A model generated the notes under the pieces. That model searched no databases. It saw nothing but the letters and a program-made list of their open reading frames with translations, and was not told where the DNA came from. From the NCBI GenBank assembly GCA_963674865.2, contig CAXXYE010000011.1:313863-377862 (forward strand): a stretch of 64,000 nt of DNA, read 5' to 3'. Of this stretch, positions 48,115 to 59,642 are shown one piece after another. Source of the stretch: Candidatus Hydrogenedentota bacterium (GTDB lineage: Bacteria > Hydrogenedentota > Hydrogenedentia > Hydrogenedentales > SLHB01). A program made the position numbers and the translations under genes. How positions within the stretch are numbered: the first letter of the stretch is position 1; each line of letters starts with the position of its first letter.

Positions 48115-48986
48115 CGCTTCTCCAGGCTCTTGATCAGTTGCCACACCACCCGTGTCCGCGGCGCCGGCAGCCCCGCGCACTCGGCGCGCCGCGCAATCTC
48201 CCCGCTCAATGCGTCAATCTCCGTCTGTTTCCCCGCGCGTACATCCTGCAGCATCGACGAGATATTCGGCCCGGAATCCCGGCAGATCTGTTCGGTATAC
48301 TCCACTAGGCTTTGCTCGAACCGGTAGCCCTCCGTCGCAGCCACCTTGGCCGCCTCCGTCACCAGGTCTCGCGTCAGCATCCGGGCCTCGGCTATTTCCG
48401 GTAGCCGGCCGTTTGGAACGTCAAGCAGCGCTGTCACCGGATTGATACCCGCGTTGACGACGACCTTGCGCCAGATGGCCTGCCCCGGCGCGTCCGTGCC
48501 CTGTACGTCGAAGCCCGCCTGGCCCAGTGCCGCGAGCGCAGGTTCCGCGGGGCACGTTGTCCACGCGCCGAGCACCGTCACACCCGGGGCCGCGTGCCGC
48601 GTGTGCCCTTCACCGAGCAGCGTTGCCCCTTCGGATGTTGCCCCGGCCAGTACGAAGGCGCTTCCCACAAGCGAGCACAGCGTCTCCACGTTGCCCAAGC
48701 CGTTTTGCAGCGTCAGGATCGGCGTGTCGTGAGGAAGGGCAAGCGCTGTCGTGCTGTAGGCCTTCGTCAGGACGATGCAGAGGTCCTGCCCATCGGGCGC
48801 TGCCGTGGCCACCGTGGGCGTCGCCTTGTACTCCCCCTTATCGCTCACAACGGTGATGCCGGACTTTCTCAGGCGGGCCGCACGCGCGGCGTCATGATCG
48901 ACCAGCGTCACCGCTGCCCCGCTCTTGGCAAGCCGGGCGGCAAACAAACATCCCATCGCGCCCGGCCCGATCACGGATACCTTCAT
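48111..48986 (-). CDS. panE: 2-dehydropantoate 2-reductase
   Basis: GPGAMG, TKAY, LQNGLG, NAGINP, SSMLQD, TEID. Confidence 0.92.
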   Translation of the reverse strand: MKVSVIGPGAMGCLFAARLAKSGAAVTLVDHDAARAARLRKSGITVVSDKGEYKATPTVATAAPDGQDLCIVLTKAYSTTALALPHDTPILTLQNGLGNVETLCSLVGSAFVLAGATSEGATLLGEGHTRHAAPGVTVLGAWTTCPAEPALAALGQAGFDVQGTDAPGQAIWRKVVVNAGINPVTALLDVPNGRLPEIAEARMLTRDLVTEAAKVAATEGYRFEQSLVEYTEQICRDSGPNISSMLQDVRAGKQTEIDALSGEIARRAECAGLPAPRTRVVWQLIKSLEKR

Positions 48987-49014
48987 CTAGGCATCCCTCG
49001 CTCGCCACGCGCCA

Positions 49015-49926
49015 TCACCGGCTTTGCACGAAGCAGTCGGCGAACCCCTTGCGCTTGCGCAGCTCATCACGTGCCTTCGCCGCCGCCCCCTTCTCCGCGT
49101 AGTCCCCGATCAGTACGCGGATATACTTGCCGTCTTTCGAGGCAACAAGGTCCGCCCGCAGTTCCGTGTTCGCTTCCAACCGCGCCTTATATTGTTCCGC
49201 CGCCTTGCGCTCGCCCGAGGAGAATGCCACTACCTGAACGCCATACCGCCCCTTTTTCGACGCCTCTCCCCCGGACGTATCGCGTGCCGGCGTCGTGGTT
49301 GCCGGTTTGGATTCGGCCTGCCGCGCTGCCGAGGGGGGCTGGCTCGGTTCAGCGGGCTTCTCGACCTTCGCCGGGGCGCTTGGCGGCGTTGCGGCCGGTT
49401 TGTCCTTCTTGGTGTCCGGTTCCGATTCCTTTGCTGGAGCGGGAGGAGGTGTAGACCCCTCTATATCCGCGGCCTCCGCCGGTTTCTTGGGAGCCTCATC
49501 CTTCTCTTCGCTCTTGGCGGCGCTCGTCGGCGCCCGTGATGAACGCGCCGCCGGGGCCGGAGGAATCGTCTCCGGAAACGCTGGTTTCGAGTAGTCTATG
49601 CGCGCCGCCGCCGCGGGCGACACCTGCTCGTACTTGACCGGTGAAACCTGCTCGCCTTGGCCCTCGCTTTGGGACTTGCTAGGTTCTCGGGACGGCCTGG
49701 ACGCCACCGGTGTCCGGGGGCCCGGTGAGGTCGCCGGCGCGGTTCCGTTGGCCACTTGCGTCCCCTTCTTCGGCTCCTCGAACCGGCCCACAATGACCCC
49801 CATAAGGAAACACGCCAGGGCCACAATGAGCGCGATGCAGATCGCCACAATTAGCTGTCCCGACGAAAGCTCCGTGGCGTAGGTCTTCTTGCCTTTAGGC
49901 GTTCTCGTGAACCTCTGATTGGCCAT
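49015..49926 (-). CDS. SPOR-domain cell division protein
   Basis: Single TM, Pro/Ala/Lys linker, YGVQVVAF...YIRVLIGDY SPOR domain. Confidence 0.88.
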   Translation of the reverse strand: MANQRFTRTPKGKKTYATELSSGQLIVAICIALIVALACFLMGVIVGRFEEPKKGTQVANGTAPATSPGPRTPVASRPSREPSKSQSEGQGEQVSPVKYEQVSPAAAARIDYSKPAFPETIPPAPAARSSRAPTSAAKSEEKDEAPKKPAEAADIEGSTPPPAPAKESEPDTKKDKPAATPPSAPAKVEKPAEPSQPPSAARQAESKPATTTPARDTSGGEASKKGRYGVQVVAFSSGERKAAEQYKARLEANTELRADLVASKDGKYIRVLIGDYAEKGAAAKARDELRKRKGFADCFVQSR

Positions 49927-50452
49927 CTTGGCCCCCCTCTTCCATCGGTTCCGGGGCCTCCAACTCCGCCAGACGCGCCATCAGCGCTCTGCGCCCCTCT
50001 TCCAGGTTCTCGTGCGAGAGGTTTGGGTCGCGTACCTCGATCAGCCGGTTGCCGATGCGATCCGAGAAGAGCGCTACGCGCTCGTCCGTCTCCGGGTCCT
50101 CAGACTCCTTAATCAAGCGAAAAGCCTTCTGGCGACGCAGCAATTGCGCCGCAAGGTACGCCACAGCCAATTCCACGTTTTCGGTGCTCTCGACCGCCTC
50201 GTAGAACACTTGGCGCAGCGGCGAGAAGGCCTCCGGCGGCTGCTCGGCTACCACTTTCGGATCGCAGAACGTGGGCGTCCACACCGAATAGCTGTTGGCC
50301 TGCCGCGCCGCGTCCCAACACGCCCGGCAGTAGTCTTCCCGGAGCAACACCCGGTTCTCCACGCGCACCAGCGACGTCAACTCCTCCTCATGCTCAAACG
50401 CCCGCTCGCACACACAACAACTATGGGCGGATTTACCGATCTTAATCTCCAT
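49895..50452 (-). CDS. Conserved hypothetical protein with two CxxC pairs
   Basis: CCVC and CRAC motifs; AAGG RBS; overlaps the SPOR gene start. Confidence 0.7.
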   Translation of the reverse strand: MEIKIGKSAHSCCVCERAFEHEEELTSLVRVENRVLLREDYCRACWDAARQANSYSVWTPTFCDPKVVAEQPPEAFSPLRQVFYEAVESTENVELAVAYLAAQLLRRQKAFRLIKESEDPETDERVALFSDRIGNRLIEVRDPNLSHENLEEGRRALMARLAELEAPEPMEEGGQDGQSEVHENA

Positions 50453-50707
50453 AAGGACCTTGAAAAAACCCCTTCCTGCCTATACATACAATCGCGTCTC
50501 GGCCCTCGGAAGTTCCCCTAACTCGACTTTGTCTCAGCCGCATAACGAGACTAAGACAAGTCAAGCGGAACGGGTGTCGTGCGTCGCAAGCCCATCCTTG
50601 AGAGTCTGCATAGTGCTTCACGACTTCCTTAGCTGCTTGTCATCACCAGGCCCGCTCCGATAGGTGAGAAACGCGGGATACCGGTGACTATGTGGGAGCC
50701 ATTCGGA

Positions 50708-53704
50708 CTAAGGCGACTTTCCGGGACCCATCATACCACCGCCGATTCTAAACAAATCGGACAAGATCTTTCTAGGGATATCGATGATCTCGCTCGTCAA
50801 CTCGAGCGCGCCGCTCACCAGTGTCACGCTTCGCGGGGGCAGCCCCGAGACCTCGCTGCGAGGGCTGAACGTCGGCCCCGTCACTTTGAAGGCCAACTCG
50901 ATATCCTGTTGAGCCAGTCGATGCCCCTGGATATTGAAGCTCTCCCGCAGCACCGCCACCTTGTTCGCCACGTCCGGGCTCAAGGCCACCTTGATGTCAT
51001 AGTCCATGTCGCCGTCACGGACGAACTGGCCCGCTCCTTCGAGCCGCAGCCCCTCGGCGTTCAAGACCAGGTCAGGTGTGCGTACCAAGTCCTTCTCAAA
51101 GGCTACGGACGTTTTCAATGAAGAAAACGCCAGTGACGGCCCAAGGGCCGCGGCCTCGTCGCCAAATTGCGCTAAGAGAAAGTCGGCGTCAAACGCACCG
51201 TCACGTACCTCGAACTGCCCATCGCCTCTGAAGGTGTTTGGATCATCGCGGTCGACGCTGTACGCCACCTCGCCCGTGATGCGCCCCCGCACCACGTCCG
51301 GATAGTTCAAATGGGCCAGGAAATACGACACGGGCACATCGCTCCACTGAGCGGTGGTTCTGTAAGCGTTCTCAACGCGATCCCGCGCGTAGGAGCCCTC
51401 GATATGCCCGCCGTCCACCGTCGCCGCGTACGACGACAGCCCCGCCGTTTCCGGATTGAAATAGCCTGTGCCCGTGAAATCGCTGCCCTTCCAGGGCGGC
51501 GTATCCAAGGACCCGACCTGGAGCTGATACGTCCACGCCCGATCCACCGGAGGATATTCCTTCATGATCTCCGGATCCGAGTCGACCATCATCCGCACCG
51601 GCTGAAACCATAGTTCCCCAAGTCTGGGCGCAACCGCTTCGGCGGCGCTCAACGCCAGCGTGCCCGTCGGCGAATCGCCCTTCGTGACGGTTCCCTCGAT
51701 CCGAAGCTCCTTTGCCACGAGAGGAACCTCCCCTCCCACCGGCAGCATCGAGAACTCGTCCAGCACGCACCCGAACTCGGCGACCCAGGCATTCGGCGCC
51801 GGATCCGTCTTGCTTCGCTGCCAAGTGTAATGCCCTTCCCGGCCCGTCCCGCCGCCAAGCTTGTAGGGGATCCGAAGGCACCTTCCAACGTTGACGGGAT
51901 CGAGACTGCCGGACGTCGCTTCCGCCGTCAAGAGCTTCCATTTCCGCTGCTTCGCCGGCGCATAGGCAAGGCGGCACGTCGATTGGACTTTCGAGGACGC
52001 GATATCCGCGTCTACCTCGAAAACCATTGACCGCTTGGCCTTGATCACCCCTTTGATGAGGCCCCGCGCCGTGATCCCCGGCGGCTTGTCGAACCACCAG
52101 TTGTATCCCAGGTGCGCCTGGCTCATGTCGATCTCGGCCTCCAGGTTCGTACTATCCGGGCCCTTCCACACGTCGCAGCGGAAACTGGCCGATCCCGCCA
52201 GCCGCGTGTGGCGGATCGAATCCGCCCAGATCGTGTCCTCGAGACCCGAAACCACCCCTGTAAGCGACAGGCGCCCCTCTTTGCTCTCGAAATCATATCT
52301 TCCGCTGCCCACCAGCGCGTGGTTTGTCAGGAACGCCGTGAGCGGCGTCACGGTAATCCGCTTGCCCTGCACGGCCACCGTCCCGGACACCCCTTCCACG
52401 AACAGCCCGCTCGACGCGTGCCTCACGTCGCCGCCGACCACCAACGCCGTTGCCGTAGGCACGCGCGCCTCCGAATCCCACGACGCCGTCAAGCGACTGC
52501 ACTGCAATTGCCCAGACGGATACCGCTTGTCGTTCGCCTCGAACGCGATGGCGGCCTCGTCTACCGAGGCGTTCACGGCAATGAGCGGACTTGTCAGTGT
52601 TCCCTGCAGCCCCACCGTGACCTCCGCCGGGAGCGGCAGCGTGACGCTGACCTCCCCGTACGTCTCGACCGTTTCCGGCAGGCTGGACGCCACCACGCCC
52701 GCAAGGTCAAGCTCCGTAGCCCTCACTTGAAGATTGACGCTGACGGGCGAGCTGGAGGTGTCAATCGTCCCCTCTGCCGTCAACACGCCGCCGATCGGGC
52801 CGAGCGCACCGGACGCTCGCCGCACGACCAGGTCCTCGAATGGCCCCTCCGCTGACAGCGTCGCTCCCATCCCCGGCGCACTTGTTAGGCGTGCCGAGAG
52901 GCCGGCGTCCCCTGACTCAACGAATTCCATCGTCGCCGGAGCAAACACGCCCAGGTCTTCGGCCGTAATGTGGTCGCAACGTGCCGTCAAGTAGAAATCG
53001 TCAAACGACGAAAACCGCAGGTCGACGGCCAAGCGTTTCCGCGCGTCCGCGTTCAGGTTTCCCGAGACTTGCGCGGCGATGTCCTCCGACTCGGGAAGCC
53101 GCGCCACGTCGAAGTCCAGTTCCTCGAGCGTCATGTGAGTGTTGCCCACAATATTCAACACGTCCAGCCGGCAGGCCCTGCCGAGAATTCTGAACGAGCG
53201 TAATAGGCCAAGGTGGCGCATCCCCGGCGAGCGGCGTGAGGCGTCGAACCAGCCCCCCTCCCCCCGGCGTTCCAACCGAATGACCGCGTCGTCCACCTGG
53301 ATGCTCTCTATATTCATCTGGCCGTAGACGAGGTCAACATAATCGATGTGGACAAGGGCGACCGGCACCTTCACGTCTACCGTCGGCCCGCCCGGCAGAT
53401 CCAGCGTTGCTTCGAGTCCGTTGACTCGCAGTCCCCGTAGTCCGTTCACGACCACCGATTCCGCCTTGAGGCGCATCCCCGTGATCGATTCCGTCTTGCG
53501 CTGAAAAAGCTCCCGGAATGTCTCGAGCTGGTGTTTCGCAAAGAGGAGGCTGACAGTAAACACGGCGGACAAGACGAGGAGCAGCAGAAACCCCGTCCGT
53601 GCTCGCCTGCCGTGCTGTGAATTACGCGCCGACAGAATCCGCCTCTTTCGCTTGAGCTGCCTCATCTCCGGTGGGCTGAGCCCACGGAAGGTTCCTTGCC
53701 TCAA
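50708..53704 (-). CDS. AsmA-like large envelope protein
   Basis: N-terminal TM anchor, long beta-rich body, C-terminal VTGPTFSP AsmA-like ending; start uncertain (53704 or 53665). Confidence 0.75.
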   Translation of the reverse strand: MRQGTFRGLSPPEMRQLKRKRRILSARNSQHGRRARTGFLLLLVLSAVFTVSLLFAKHQLETFRELFQRKTESITGMRLKAESVVVNGLRGLRVNGLEATLDLPGGPTVDVKVPVALVHIDYVDLVYGQMNIESIQVDDAVIRLERRGEGGWFDASRRSPGMRHLGLLRSFRILGRACRLDVLNIVGNTHMTLEELDFDVARLPESEDIAAQVSGNLNADARKRLAVDLRFSSFDDFYLTARCDHITAEDLGVFAPATMEFVESGDAGLSARLTSAPGMGATLSAEGPFEDLVVRRASGALGPIGGVLTAEGTIDTSSSPVSVNLQVRATELDLAGVVASSLPETVETYGEVSVTLPLPAEVTVGLQGTLTSPLIAVNASVDEAAIAFEANDKRYPSGQLQCSRLTASWDSEARVPTATALVVGGDVRHASSGLFVEGVSGTVAVQGKRITVTPLTAFLTNHALVGSGRYDFESKEGRLSLTGVVSGLEDTIWADSIRHTRLAGSASFRCDVWKGPDSTNLEAEIDMSQAHLGYNWWFDKPPGITARGLIKGVIKAKRSMVFEVDADIASSKVQSTCRLAYAPAKQRKWKLLTAEATSGSLDPVNVGRCLRIPYKLGGGTGREGHYTWQRSKTDPAPNAWVAEFGCVLDEFSMLPVGGEVPLVAKELRIEGTVTKGDSPTGTLALSAAEAVAPRLGELWFQPVRMMVDSDPEIMKEYPPVDRAWTYQLQVGSLDTPPWKGSDFTGTGYFNPETAGLSSYAATVDGGHIEGSYARDRVENAYRTTAQWSDVPVSYFLAHLNYPDVVRGRITGEVAYSVDRDDPNTFRGDGQFEVRDGAFDADFLLAQFGDEAAALGPSLAFSSLKTSVAFEKDLVRTPDLVLNAEGLRLEGAGQFVRDGDMDYDIKVALSPDVANKVAVLRESFNIQGHRLAQQDIELAFKVTGPTFSPRSEVSGLPPRSVTLVSGALELTSEIIDIPRKILSDLFRIGGGMMGPGKSP

Positions 53705-54686
53705 CGATCTTCTTCTTCAGAAGTTCGGCCGTCTCCGGATTGCTTCTCAGGTATTGGCGCGTTGCTTCGCGGCCTTGGCCCAAGTTCTCCCCATCCATCG
53801 AGTACCAGGACCCGCTCTTCTGAACCAGCTTCTCCTCGACCGCCAGGTCCAGAAGGTCTCCCTCTTTCGAGATGCCCTCACCGAAGAGGATATCGAACTC
53901 AGCCAGCTTGAAGGGCGGGCTGAGCTTATTCTTCACCACCTTGGCCCGCACGCGGTTGCCTACGTTCTCTTCCCGCTCCTTGATGGTGGCCACCCGCCGG
54001 ATATCGATGCGCATGGAAGCGTAGAACTTCAGCGCATTCCCGCCCGTTGTCGTCTCCGGATTGCCGAACATCACGCCGATCTTCATACGCATCTGGTTGA
54101 TGAAGATCACCAGCGTCTTGGAGCGGCTGATAGCCGCCGTCAACTTCCGCAGCGCCTGCGACATCAGCCGCGCTTGCAGCCCGACGTGCGCGTCGCCCAT
54201 CTCCCCCTCGACCTCCGCCTTCGGCACCAGCGCTGCAACGGAATCCAGCACGATCACGTCCACCGCGTTGCTGCGCACCAAGGTTTCGCAGATCTCGAGA
54301 GCCTGTTCGGCGGTGTCCGGCTGTGACACCAGCAAGTTGCCGATATCCACCCCGATCTTCTCTGCGAATGCCGGATCCAAAGCGTGTTCCGCGTCGATGT
54401 AGCAGGCTATTCCGCCGTTCTTCTGCGCATTTGCCACAACGTGCAGCGCCAAGGTCGTCTTCCCCGAAGATTCCGGCCCAAACACCTCAACCACGCGGCC
54501 GCGGGGCAAGCCCCCCAGGCCCGTCGCGATATCAAGAGAAAGGCTTCCCGTCGAAATCGCGGGAACGCGTTGAGTGAAATGATCATCTCCGAGGCGAACC
54601 AGCGTCCCCCGCCCAAACTGCTTTTCAAGTTGACCAACCGCGATATCAAGCGCTTTGGTCTTCTCGTCGCCCTTGCCTGCCGCCAT
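53622..54686 (-). CDS. recA: Recombinase A
   Basis: [45 protein letters not shown]. Confidence 0.99.
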   Translation of the reverse strand: MAAGKGDEKTKALDIAVGQLEKQFGRGTLVRLGDDHFTQRVPAISTGSLSLDIATGLGGLPRGRVVEVFGPESSGKTTLALHVVANAQKNGGIACYIDAEHALDPAFAEKIGVDIGNLLVSQPDTAEQALEICETLVRSNAVDVIVLDSVAALVPKAEVEGEMGDAHVGLQARLMSQALRKLTAAISRSKTLVIFINQMRMKIGVMFGNPETTTGGNALKFYASMRIDIRRVATIKEREENVGNRVRAKVVKNKLSPPFKLAEFDILFGEGISKEGDLLDLAVEEKLVQKSGSWYSMDGENLGQGREATRQYLRSNPETAELLKKKIVEARNLPWAQPTGDEAAQAKEADSVGA

Positions 54687-54707
54687 GTTCTATGCCCTCC
54701 CGTATAC

Positions 54708-54761
54708 CTGAACGAATATTCAGAACTTCCCCATCATGCCAAACTTGGGCCGGCGTGTCAA
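54708..54761 (-). promoter_or_regulatory. recA promoter with putative LexA operator
   Basis: TTGACA (54761-54756), 17 bp, CATGAT (54738-54733); palindrome CTGAACGAATATTCAG at 54708-54723. Confidence 0.65.
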
Positions 54762-55113
54762 GGGGAAGGAAATGCCGCATTCGCCGACTAATTCGGCAGT
54801 GCCGCGCACTTGGCGCCTCTGCTCGACCTCAACGCTTGGAACCTGCTCTAACTTGCCCACTCTACCGCCCCATGCCCTCCCCGTTCAATCCTGCGCCAGC
54901 CGGGGCCGCACCTGGGGCCCACATCACCTCACTCCGTCCCCACGTCTCAATCCGCCCACCTTGCGTCAGACTCCGGAATTTCCCAAGGACGGCGCGAACT
55001 CCAGCGAAAGACCCAGAAAGCATTGAAGTAGCCCACCGCCACAAATCCCTTGAAACATGTGTTAATATAAGCCCATTCGCTTCTCAGATTCCACCACAGA
55101 ACGAGAGGGCGAG

Positions 55114-57210
55114 ATGGCGCACCGAAATCCTATCAGGTCCTTTGGAGTGCTCCTGGGGGGCGCAACGCTCTTGGGCGTCGTTCACGCACTGGCCGAGTTG
55201 CTCTTCTCCAGCGCCAGCCAGCTGTTGCCGTGCGGGGACGCCGCGGATCGGCTCCAAGTGCTTGCGGGTTTTGCTGCCTACCCCATCATATTCTTCTCTG
55301 TCGGCGCTGTTTTGTGGGGGGGACTTCGCTTGAGTGTGAGACGCGCTTGGGTGGACTCCTATGGCCCGACTCTGTGTGTTACGATGGGCGCTTTGGCGGC
55401 TGTGAAGACGCTGTGGATCCTTGGGGATTCCCCCGGCTACTTCCAGGAGGTCGTCACACTTCTGATTTTCCTCGGCGTGGGTGTTGTCGCAGTCCTGCTG
55501 AACGCGCTCTCGGCGATGACGCCCGGCCGTTTCGCCCTTGTGTGGTTGATTGCCTGTATGGGGGGGCTTGCCGGCCTGTGCTGCGCGTCGCGTGTGTTCT
55601 TCCTCCACGGCGACCGCCCTTTGGTGGCCGGCGCCGTGGCCGTGCTCGACACGGTGGGCGTGGGCCTCTTTGGGATGGTGCTCGGGACTGTCCTCCGCCG
55701 CAAGAACACAAGCGCTCTTACCCTTGCCGCCCTGGTGACTTTCGCCGCGGCGCTTCTACCGACTATTCTGGGCGTCGTGCGGCTCGTACCGTACCGCCCT
55801 TCACAATCCTTCGCCCGGCAGCTCGTTGTCGTCACGTGCGATGCCCTGCGCGCCGATTACTGCTCTCTTCACGGCGGGGCCGTACCAACGCCGAATCTCG
55901 AAGCGCTCGGCGCGGAAGGCGCCGTCTTTGAGTCTTACTACAGTCTGGCGCCTTGGACCGTCCCCTCCCTCTGCGGCATGTACGCTTCAAGATACCCCAT
56001 GAGCATGAACCCCGGCGCAAGCTACGACGAATGGCTTGCCGTCCTCGGAGCTCAGGCGCACGCTATGGCCTATTGGCTCGATGACGACGGACGCTCTTTC
56101 CCCGAGAGGCTTACCGGACGCGGCATCGCCACCGCTGCCTTCCTCGCTAACCCGCTCCTTGGCCGGGAGCAATGGCTTGTGCGGGGCTTCTCGCGCAAGG
56201 TCGTCGTCGATTTCCTTGCGGAGGAGCGCTGCGGGCCTCTGTGGCGTTTCCACTCCCTGCATGCCGTGCTCGGGCGTTTCTGCCCCTCCGTGCGGCGCGT
56301 GCGCCCCTGCGACAGCACGCGCATCCTTATCCAGTACGCGATTGAATACATCCGCCGGCAAAGGAACCGCTCGTTCTTCCTCTGGATTCACCTCATGGAT
56401 CCTCACGCTCCGTACGACCCGCCCAAACGCTACCGGACAGAACAGGGACGTTGGCCTTTGTTCTGCCCGACCAAGCCCGAGTACGGATCGGTAGGCCTGG
56501 AGGCGGTGAAATCCGGCGCTTTGGACGAGCAAGATCGCGCGTTTGTCCGCTCGCTCTATGAAGGAGCCGTTCGCTACGCCGACGAAGCCGTAGGACAAAT
56601 TCACCGCGCCATGAAGCGACTGCCCGAAGGCACAGCCCGGTTCCTCTGCGTGACGGCCGATCACGGCGAGGAGCTATGGGATCGAGGCCGTTGGGGCCAT
56701 GGCCAATCCTTGTACGACGAACAAGTGCATGTGCCCCTAATCCTCTGGGGCGCCGACATTCCCCCAAATCGAATCGCTGTGCCCGTATCGGGAATCGACG
56801 TGTTGCCCACACTCGCCGAACTGATTAGCGTGTCCCCTCGCTCCGAATGGCGCGGCACAAGCCTCGTGCCGTGCCTGCGCGAAACCAATGTGCCACCCCA
56901 CGCGCGCCCCTGTTTCGTGCAAGGGACCAGCTTCTCCAGCAATCCCAAACGAGGCGTCGTGTCGGCCAATCACAAGCTTATCCAGGACTTGGCTACCGGC
57001 GATACCGCACTGTTTGACCTCGCCGCCGATCCCCTAGAACGCGTCGACATTTCGGCTGACGAACCTCAGCGTGCCGCAGCCCTCGAGACGCGGCTCGAAG
57101 AATGGGCGGGCTCCTTCCCCTCACTGATCGGCGATTTCACCCGGAAAGGCATCGACGACAAGGCCGCCGACGAAAGCCGCGAGCAAATGGAAGCCGTCGG
57201 ATACCTCTAG
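55114..57210 (+). CDS. Membrane-anchored sulfatase-family protein
   Basis: Multiple N-terminal TM helices; DALRAD, WTVPS, HLMDPHAPY, TADHGE, VPLI motifs. Confidence 0.88.
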   Translation: MAHRNPIRSFGVLLGGATLLGVVHALAELLFSSASQLLPCGDAADRLQVLAGFAAYPIIFFSVGAVLWGGLRLSVRRAWVDSYGPTLCVTMGALAAVKTLWILGDSPGYFQEVVTLLIFLGVGVVAVLLNALSAMTPGRFALVWLIACMGGLAGLCCASRVFFLHGDRPLVAGAVAVLDTVGVGLFGMVLGTVLRRKNTSALTLAALVTFAAALLPTILGVVRLVPYRPSQSFARQLVVVTCDALRADYCSLHGGAVPTPNLEALGAEGAVFESYYSLAPWTVPSLCGMYASRYPMSMNPGASYDEWLAVLGAQAHAMAYWLDDDGRSFPERLTGRGIATAAFLANPLLGREQWLVRGFSRKVVVDFLAEERCGPLWRFHSLHAVLGRFCPSVRRVRPCDSTRILIQYAIEYIRRQRNRSFFLWIHLMDPHAPYDPPKRYRTEQGRWPLFCPTKPEYGSVGLEAVKSGALDEQDRAFVRSLYEGAVRYADEAVGQIHRAMKRLPEGTARFLCVTADHGEELWDRGRWGHGQSLYDEQVHVPLILWGADIPPNRIAVPVSGIDVLPTLAELISVSPRSEWRGTSLVPCLRETNVPPHARPCFVQGTSFSSNPKRGVVSANHKLIQDLATGDTALFDLAADPLERVDISADEPQRAAALETRLEEWAGSFPSLIGDFTRKGIDDKAADESREQMEAVGYL

Positions 57211-57227
57211 CCCGAGCCGCACATCCC

Positions 57228-57380
57228 GGGAGGGTCACGCTCCCGCGTGACCACGGAGGTGTAAGGCCCCCCCTTCCTTCTTGGCCATTCGTCCTGTCAG
57301 GCGCGCGACACGCCCGCCTGGGACGACGCCCCAGGAGAATACCCTTCCCCTTGGCAGCCCTGAAAGGGCGTGACATAACA
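57228..57380. repeat. REP-like elements between convergent genes
   Basis: GGGAGGGTCACGCTCCCGCGTGACC, CCTGGG..CCCAGG hairpin and GCCCTGAAAGGGCGTGACA. Confidence 0.6.
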
Positions 57381-57402
57381 AGAAGCAGCAACACCCCCGG
57401 TG

Positions 57403-58380
57403 TCACGACCCGCGGACGAGAACAAACTCTGCCAAGTCCATCATCGCTCGGCGGCAAGGACTGTCAGGCACCTCATCGAGCGCCCGGCGCGCCTCCTCTG
57501 CGTGCCGCCGCGCCACCGCTTCCGTGAGTTCTCGTGCGCTCGTGTCCTCGAGAAGCGCGGCCACCCACGCCCGATCCTCATCCGTGATCATTCCCCCGCG
57601 CATAGCGTCCAACCGTCGCCGGGCATCCGTGTCCGCCTGGCGCCGCATGAACATGATGGGCAGCGTTTGCTGCCCCTCCATGATGTCGCCGCACGACGGC
57701 TTCCCGAGCATCGCCTCATCCTGACACAAGTCCAGCACATCATCGATAAGCTGAAACGCAATACCGAAGTTCTCCCCGTAACGCCGGAGCGGCTCGCGAA
57801 GGGCGCTCTCAATGAGAAAGGTTGGGCCTGTGCATGCGGCCGCGAAGAGACTCGCCGTCTTCTGCCGTGCAAGATGGATGCAATCCGCTTCATCTGTCGA
57901 GCCGTTGGCGCGAATCAGGTTGTTCAACTCCCCCTCGGCCATCTGCCCAATGGTTCTGACCGCACAATCCATCAGCCCCCCGCACGCATAGTCGTTGAGC
58001 ACGCCCAGAGCCAGGGCAACCGTGTAATCGCCGCCCAAGACGGCTGTGCGGTCATCATGCAAGGCATTCACCGACCTTGCCCCTCGCCGGAGCGGAGCCC
58101 GATCCACCACGTCGTCATGCAGCAGGGCCGCCATGTGCAGTAGCTCGAATGCCCCTGCCAGCGGCACATACTCGTGTAAGTCCTCAGCGCCGGCCGCCCC
58201 TGCCGACAACAGGCATAGCGCCGGACGAAGCAGCTTGCCTCCCGGCGGCTCCTCGGCCGCCACGCCGGGATCCAGCAGAGTCAGCGTCTTAGTCCAGAGG
58301 GCGCGTATGGCCTCCCGGAGAAGGGCCATCTCCCCTGCGATGGGCTTGTAAAGGGCCTCTAGCGTCGTTTCCATAGCCAT
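57403..58380 (-). CDS. Polyprenyl diphosphate synthase (IspB/HepT-like)
   Basis: GGKLLRP, FARM DDVVD, RRG, SARM FQLIDDVLD. Confidence 0.93.
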   Translation of the reverse strand: MAMETTLEALYKPIAGEMALLREAIRALWTKTLTLLDPGVAAEEPPGGKLLRPALCLLSAGAAGAEDLHEYVPLAGAFELLHMAALLHDDVVDRAPLRRGARSVNALHDDRTAVLGGDYTVALALGVLNDYACGGLMDCAVRTIGQMAEGELNNLIRANGSTDEADCIHLARQKTASLFAAACTGPTFLIESALREPLRRYGENFGIAFQLIDDVLDLCQDEAMLGKPSCGDIMEGQQTLPIMFMRRQADTDARRRLDAMRGGMITDEDRAWVAALLEDTSARELTEAVARRHAEEARRALDEVPDSPCRRAMMDLAEFVLVRGS

Positions 58381-58622
58381 ATCTTCCCGAATCTTATCAC
58401 ACGGATTATAGGACCTGCGAACGCCCTTGCATATTCCCGTTTCCCCTGCCCTGCTCCGGCCGACGGCCTCCAGGGCCTCAGCGTGGAGAGCCGCCTGGCC
58501 ACAACAAGTCCCCGCGCCTAACTGGAATCCCCCTCAAACGCGCGCTAGAATGCGCCCCGTCTACGAGCGTGAGAAGCCGATAGAACGAGATGCCGCGCCG
58601 CGCGGCTAGATTGGAGTGCGAT

Positions 58623-59621
58623 TTGCTGCGGGTGTGTGTGATAGGCATGGGACCGATTGGCAATCTCCATGCGGATTGTTATGTTGCTGCCCCCGGTTGT
58701 GAACTGGTGGGAATCTGCGATCTCATCAAAGAGCGGGCCGATGCCGGCGCCGAACGCCTGGGCGTGCCGGCGTTCTACGACGTGGAAGACATGTTGCGTC
58801 AATTGGCGCCCGATGTCTGCAGCGTTGCTACAGGCGGATACGAGTACGCCAGCGACCACTACCTCCCCACCATGCAGGTCCTGGAAGCGGGATGCCATGT
58901 GCTCGGGGAAAAGCCGATATCGAACGAGATCGGCAAAGCCGTCGAGATGGTCGAACTGGCAAAGCGGAAGAAGCTGTGCTACGGCATCAACCTGAACCAC
59001 CGCTTCACACCGCTTGCCCGGCAGGCCAAGACGTGGGTCGAGGAAGGGCGGCTCGGTACACTCCTCTTCGTCAACATGGCCATGTGGATCAAGAACCCCG
59101 CCGAGAGTTCTCCCTGGTTCCAGCTCAAGGCGCTCCATCCCCACACCGTCGACGTCATGCGCTATTTCTGCGGCGACATTTCCGCCGTCCAGTGCTTCGC
59201 GCTCAAAGCGCCCGGGCGAAGCATTTGGTCCACCGCCCATTTCAACATGCAGTTCGCCAACGGCGTCGTCGGCGGCCTCACCGGGAGCTACGACATCCAG
59301 CGCGGCCATCCCATGGAGCGGTGCGAAGTCGCGGGCACCGGCGGACGCTTCGTCCTCGATGACATGTTCGACGAACTGACGCTCTATCCCGCCGGCACGA
59401 TGGAGAAGACCGTCATCACCAACACGGTCTTCGGCGATATTAAAGAGAAGACCTTCCCCGACACCTTCAAGAATCGCATTGCCCGTTTCATCGAGCAGGT
59501 GGGCGAGGGCTGCTCGCCCGACGATATCGACGGTAGCGGCGCCGACGGCCTCGCGGCTCAGAAAGTCCTTGCGGCGGCCATCGAATCCATCGAGCAAGGC
59601 GCCGTGGTTCAGGTTGCCTGA
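58623..59621 (+). CDS. Gfo/Idh/MocA family oxidoreductase
   Basis: IGMGPIG Rossmann motif, EKP, HTVD; TTG start after GGAG. Confidence 0.92.
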   Translation: MLRVCVIGMGPIGNLHADCYVAAPGCELVGICDLIKERADAGAERLGVPAFYDVEDMLRQLAPDVCSVATGGYEYASDHYLPTMQVLEAGCHVLGEKPISNEIGKAVEMVELAKRKKLCYGINLNHRFTPLARQAKTWVEEGRLGTLLFVNMAMWIKNPAESSPWFQLKALHPHTVDVMRYFCGDISAVQCFALKAPGRSIWSTAHFNMQFANGVVGGLTGSYDIQRGHPMERCEVAGTGGRFVLDDMFDELTLYPAGTMEKTVITNTVFGDIKEKTFPDTFKNRIARFIEQVGEGCSPDDIDGSGADGLAAQKVLAAAIESIEQGAVVQVA

Positions 59622-59642
59622 CGCTCCCGACTCCGGTAGCGG

